The position numbers and the translations under genes were made by a program. Below, piece by piece: positions 59,550 to 64,000 of a DNA stretch of 64,000 bases. The first letter of the stretch is position 1, and each line of letters starts with the position of its first letter. The DNA is from Fimbriosthenelais zetlandica (taxonomy: Eukaryota). Location: assembly GCA_977030845.1 (NCBI GenBank), contig OZ365113.1, positions 15,686,001-15,750,000 on the forward strand. The letters are read 5' to 3'. The notes below the pieces were generated by a model that was not told the DNA's origin, searched no databases, and saw nothing but the letters and a program-made list of their open reading frames with translations.

Positions 59550-61500
59550 TGCACAGTGATGGAGGAGCAGGCTTTTTTACTCCACCAGAAGATATTAATG
59601 TGCCTCCTCCTCCTCAGTGGCTTTTCTGGCCAGGAATGTCAGAGAAGATGAATGATGGAGATTATCTTTGTGTTCAGAGGAAACCAAGGGCAATGGAAGT
59701 GAAGGGCGTCGATCTGCGTTGGAATTGTGTGACAATGCGCGATACGTGGTTTTTAACTAATGCTAAAGCTCTGCTCTGAGAAATTTGGAGCATCTTTAGG
59801 ATGCATAATGGATGAAATCCCGATGGAGAATATTCGAAGATATGATTCGAAAAGCGTATAATGTACATATTTCAAATGCCTATACCTGTCTATACATGCA
59901 GGCAAGCTGCTCTCATGTCTTATTAATTATATTCAGGTGTCTTTTTGGCGATGCTCTTCATTCCTTTGAAAACAATCTATAACTGCCATATTTCAAAACT
60001 GCCCAGCATTTTTGAAACTGCTATATATAGGATACAAATGGGACTTCCAGGCACCTCGGTCAACTGTCTTCAAGTGCCTTAACTGCCACGCTTCTACCAA
60101 GCCCTACATTACATGTCATAAGGGTGTACTATAGGGCCAGTTAAAGGAGGAGGTAGGGGACCCCTGGACCGTGTATGGGCTTTAAGTGGCCATAGTGATC
60201 ATCTCCCCTGAAAGTGACCAATGGTTACCTGCCTAGGGCCATATGGGGTCATCTTATTCTAGCTTGGGGGCCACGTTTATGCCCTCATCTCTAGACCTCA
60301 TCAGACTTATCTCTTTCACGCTGTCAACAGATTTATTAAAACACTTGTCGGGGCAGGGATTGGCCCTCAGCTCCGTCCACCTTCTGGGGGCTGGTTTAAA
60401 TGTCTTATCTCTTGCTGGCATCGCTGGCTGGCTCCACATGGCGGCGGCTGGGGAGAGGGCTCATTGTGGAGGGGCAGGTCTGTCACCTCCCACCTTCTAT
60501 CACCTTCACCACGCCCCACCGGTCAGCACTCCTCTGAGGACATACCAACCCCCTATATGCAAGTTATGCTGAAATAATCCCAGTAAAACCTACCCAATTA
60601 AATCCCCAAAATTCACTCTTATTTCTACACTATTTATACCTCAAGTAACCTTCTTTTTCATCGGTTCATAGGATATCTCATGAGGGATTGTTAAATTTGT
60701 CAACCAAAGGGTATACCGCAATGCAGAGTGCAGTTTGCATGAGGAGTGGTCGAAGTTAAGTTTTAAGTCCCGCCAAATTTGTCACAGAGGAGGCGTCTAC
60801 ATGGCCATCCATGTCTGCCTAATGTTCACCATCATGGTATCTTATAGCAGGGTCGTTAGTCCCACTTTACAGAAACCACGCACTGACACACCTATAAATC
60901 TGCATTCTTCATCTCGATCCTTTGATCTTTGATGTTTGAAAACCAATACTTATTAATGCGATCAATGTCCTTTGTACACTAATCACTGATGTGATTGTGT
61001 GTTCATTAATAAGATGGACACTATAGGATGGGAGGCTTTGGAGGTTTCCTCAAGTGCTTCGCATACAGGAATAGCCACAACTAACCCAATTCTACGGATT
61101 AAATTTCGCGACCATCGGACACTGAGAAGAGGAGTATTAAATCCCTTCAAAATTATCTCCGTCCATTTCATTTACCTTGTCCTCCCGAGTTACATCTCCC
61201 CACAAAAGTCAGCCTTTCACACGACCTCAAGCGAGAAAAAGTAAATTCATTAAAGGAGTGGGGCATTGCTTGCAAGGAGAAGCCCTTCAATGCCCTGTCA
61301 TCACCAGACATTGAGGGTCCTCCATGCAGTAAGGACCTTTAGTCCTTCACCACTCCTCCTGTTTGTACACACGGACGCCACAAAAGCAGCGCCAGCTCAG
61401 CTCGTCAAAACTCTGCCCAATACACCGTGTAATCTTGTGTAATACTGTTTACCTTCTCCTCCAGCTTTAACAAACTCAGATGGTTATCTGCCAGTTTGAG
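59550..61500 (-). mobile_element. Decayed L2/CR1-type LINE (endonuclease and linker region)
   Basis: Ordered remnants on the - strand: NRRSGEGLKVL (about 61350; RxGGGVA), IILKGFN (about 61150; GDFN), FDHS (about 60750; SDH), EAWQLRHLKTVDRGAWKSHLY..SFKNA (about 60050; linker helix). Many stops. Confidence 0.35.
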
Positions 61501-62329
61501 AAGGTCCCAGTGAAATGTTTTCAAAGGTTTGTGAACAATTAGTAAGGGAAGCCGCGGGCGGGGGTACAATACATCGAGTAGAGACTGTCTGGCCTGGCTC
61601 CTGCCATCCTTAGCCTTTGGTATGTGAGGAGGCGCCAGAGAAACACAACATAGACAGACGACAAAAAAACCTATTCAGGATTGATGTGAGCGTATTTGAC
61701 TGCATGATCAGGAAAGCGAGTATCCTCATCCTCTCCCACCACCACTATCTCTAACCGCAACTTCCTCTCCTTCTATCCCTGCACGTTCACCTTCTTATAT
61801 ATAATATTATTCATGAATATTAATTTTATTAATATTACATCGCTACTCTCCACATCTATCAGGTGATCACCCCATCCAAACCAGGGTAACAACTATCCTG
61901 TATGAAGTCTTTTACTTCTGCAAATTATAATTTGTGGATCTTTTTTTCAGCTCATCCAATCTCCAAATATCCATCATCAATCTCCTGGACCCAATTCAAT
62001 GGGCTGTAATTTTTATTCCCCAAACCTTAAATCTTTTCCCTTTTATGTCAAATAAGTGGCTATTATTCGCTCTAATCTTGCATATAACATGTGTAACCTA
62101 TACCAATGAGCCAGTCTCCGGCCAGATCTTGAATGCCCTGTGGCTTGCTTGGTGTTGAAACCAAATTCCTGATGACCATGATGGTGACGTCGAGAGCGAC
62201 GTTAGCATGACGGGTGTCCGACGTGAGGTCCGACAGCGGGTGGTCTTTTCCTCACGAGTGACTTTTTAATTGCACCTTTTGTGGTGCTCTTCTTCTCCTT
62301 CCTGCATGCCCAGACTCTCCCTCCTCCTG

Positions 62330-62520
62330 CTCTCTCCTCCCTCTGATCATTTATCTAGGCGCAGCCATTGTCAACCAATCGGATCGCTTTGAATTAAATG
62401 TCGTCTGCTTGTCAGCCTCGCGCGCCACAACCCGGATCAGTTTCACGCCACTCAAAGATGGCGGCGACCCGCGGGTAGACGACACCTTGGGCAAGCTGTC
62501 AGCGCGAAATTTTCAAAGGT
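62330..62520 (+). promoter_or_regulatory. CpG-rich promoter-like island
   Basis: CCAAT at 62375-62379, YY1-type AAGATGGCGG at 62455-62464, TGTCA motifs, possible donor AAG|gtatcc at 62519; no coding sequence recognised. Confidence 0.4.
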
Positions 62521-64000
62521 ATCCCCTTCATATAATGAGGCGAGCTTTTCTTGGTTGATCATTGCTGCAGGGGTTCTGGTGTCTTTTTATGATCCCGCAA
62601 TGGTGGTCCCCTGTGCGGTCCATGGTCATGCTTCCTGCCCTGTTATGAGATACCAGTAAGAAGTCTTTTTGACTGGAACAAGAGCAGACTCCCAGGGTGG
62701 TATATGAAATATAGATCTTCTTATTATAGTGCTTCCTCCCCCTCCCAGGGCATGAACTTCTGAAATAAATCGATCGTGAAATTGATTGGGGACACACCCC
62801 CATTCCTATGTACTACTCACGGATGCGCTTCTGATATGAGCGTGAATCTCAGAAGGCTAGAAAGTCTATACGCATACATTATATGAATGTAATTGCCATT
62901 CCCCACTTGGAGTCAAATAGTAATATTTCTATTACTTATAAACTGCTGTCACTCCTGCTCGAACTGATTAATGCACTCCTGACAACCAGAACGAGAAATA
63001 TAGGAAATTGCGCAATAAAGCAATGTTAAAACTGCGTTCCTATGCACTCTGTGCTGGTCCCCCTCCAATATAATGTTTCACAATTTATTTCCCCTCAAGG
63101 AAGTTTTCCACCTGCCAGCTTGTGGATAAATAGAGATCATTCTCTGGCACCGACGCCAGACTGATTTTGTTTTCCCAAACTGGAATGATCACAGACCTGT
63201 GGCCACTTTGAAGACGGGCGGTGATAAATCAGTGGTATGTATTATTCACGTGATCCACCATTGATTTCTCCGCTGTGCCATGTTTAGGCAGATGATGGAT
63301 CCCGCCCACTCACCACACCGGGGCGCCCCTGGCGGAGGCTGAGTGTACTATGATGATGGCTTTTAGAGCATGGAGGGGGATAAATGATGGAAAGTAAAGG
63401 CTAGGATTGAAGTCAAACCATGGCCATCCTATTAGGGCCTGGTCTCTCACTTTATGGCGGGTAACGCAGGGGCAGAAAAGCAACTAAAGTCGCGTCATTG
63501 CATGCACTGGAGACAGGCAATTCTGATACACCATTTTTTTTTTCGCTCCAACTATACACATGCTTACATTTCAAGAGTGGAGTGGAAATCAGGACCATGC
63601 ACGATCCATCATTTGGCGAGCTTTTAAATTCCATTTATCTCAGAAATTACAGTCCAATTACTGCCTCCTAAAATGCAAGACTATTCTACGAAAAAGCGGA
63701 GAAACCCCTACCCTTGTTCTTTAATAATCCAGAATCCATGCTGCTTATTTAACTCTTATCTCAAAAAGCATGCGGTGAGGGTCCGCTATTAAAATCTCAC
63801 GCCTTGATTGAGCCCTAATTCCAAATTACCATTTAAATTTCTCTCATCAGATAGAGGTTAATTTTCGAGATACCATTCATGGGACATTTTTCACTGCGAA
63901 TCAACCGCCTCATTTAGCCATTTACCTTCCAACCACTTCAAAAGCATGAAAAGTGCAGCCACAATATTAGTATTCATGCTGGTTGAACATTTTTTATTAT

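Noticed and set aside
62519-62528. U12-type donor (gtatcccctt)
   Set aside because: Deviates from the RTATCCTT consensus and no matching U12 branch site was identified.

Overview
AT-rich, intron-dense animal DNA, probably an invertebrate bilaterian; the species cannot be told from sequence alone. The left half is a compact gene cluster: CCDC146 (-, 17 coding exons, 959 aa, one GC-AG intron), head-to-head with RUVBL1 (+, 10 exons, 456 aa), tail-to-tail with SEC61A (-, 12 exons, 476 aa), head-to-head with an unnamed double-C2-domain gene (+, about 419 aa, predicted N-myristoylated). A possible small spliced gene lies at about 2-4.5 kb (-). From about 33.4 kb to the end no protein-coding gene could be supported. 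That gene desert holds GC-rich motif islands (GATA, PBX/MEIS, ETS-CRE, YY1), a piggyBac MITE carrying two RFX X-boxes, and very decayed retroelement fragments. The best finds are: (1) a 926-bp internally deleted Kolobok transposon that keeps the 5' ends of two convergent ORFs (THAP and an acidic KolX-like leader); (2) a 109-bp foldback insert flanked by a 17-bp direct duplication in a SEC61A intron; (3) the RUVBL1/SEC61A tail-to-tail pairing also seen in human, beside a GATA-site-rich desert; (4) an RFX+forkhead bidirectional promoter shared by CCDC146 and RUVBL1. All coordinates and alignments were read by eye; no database searches were run.
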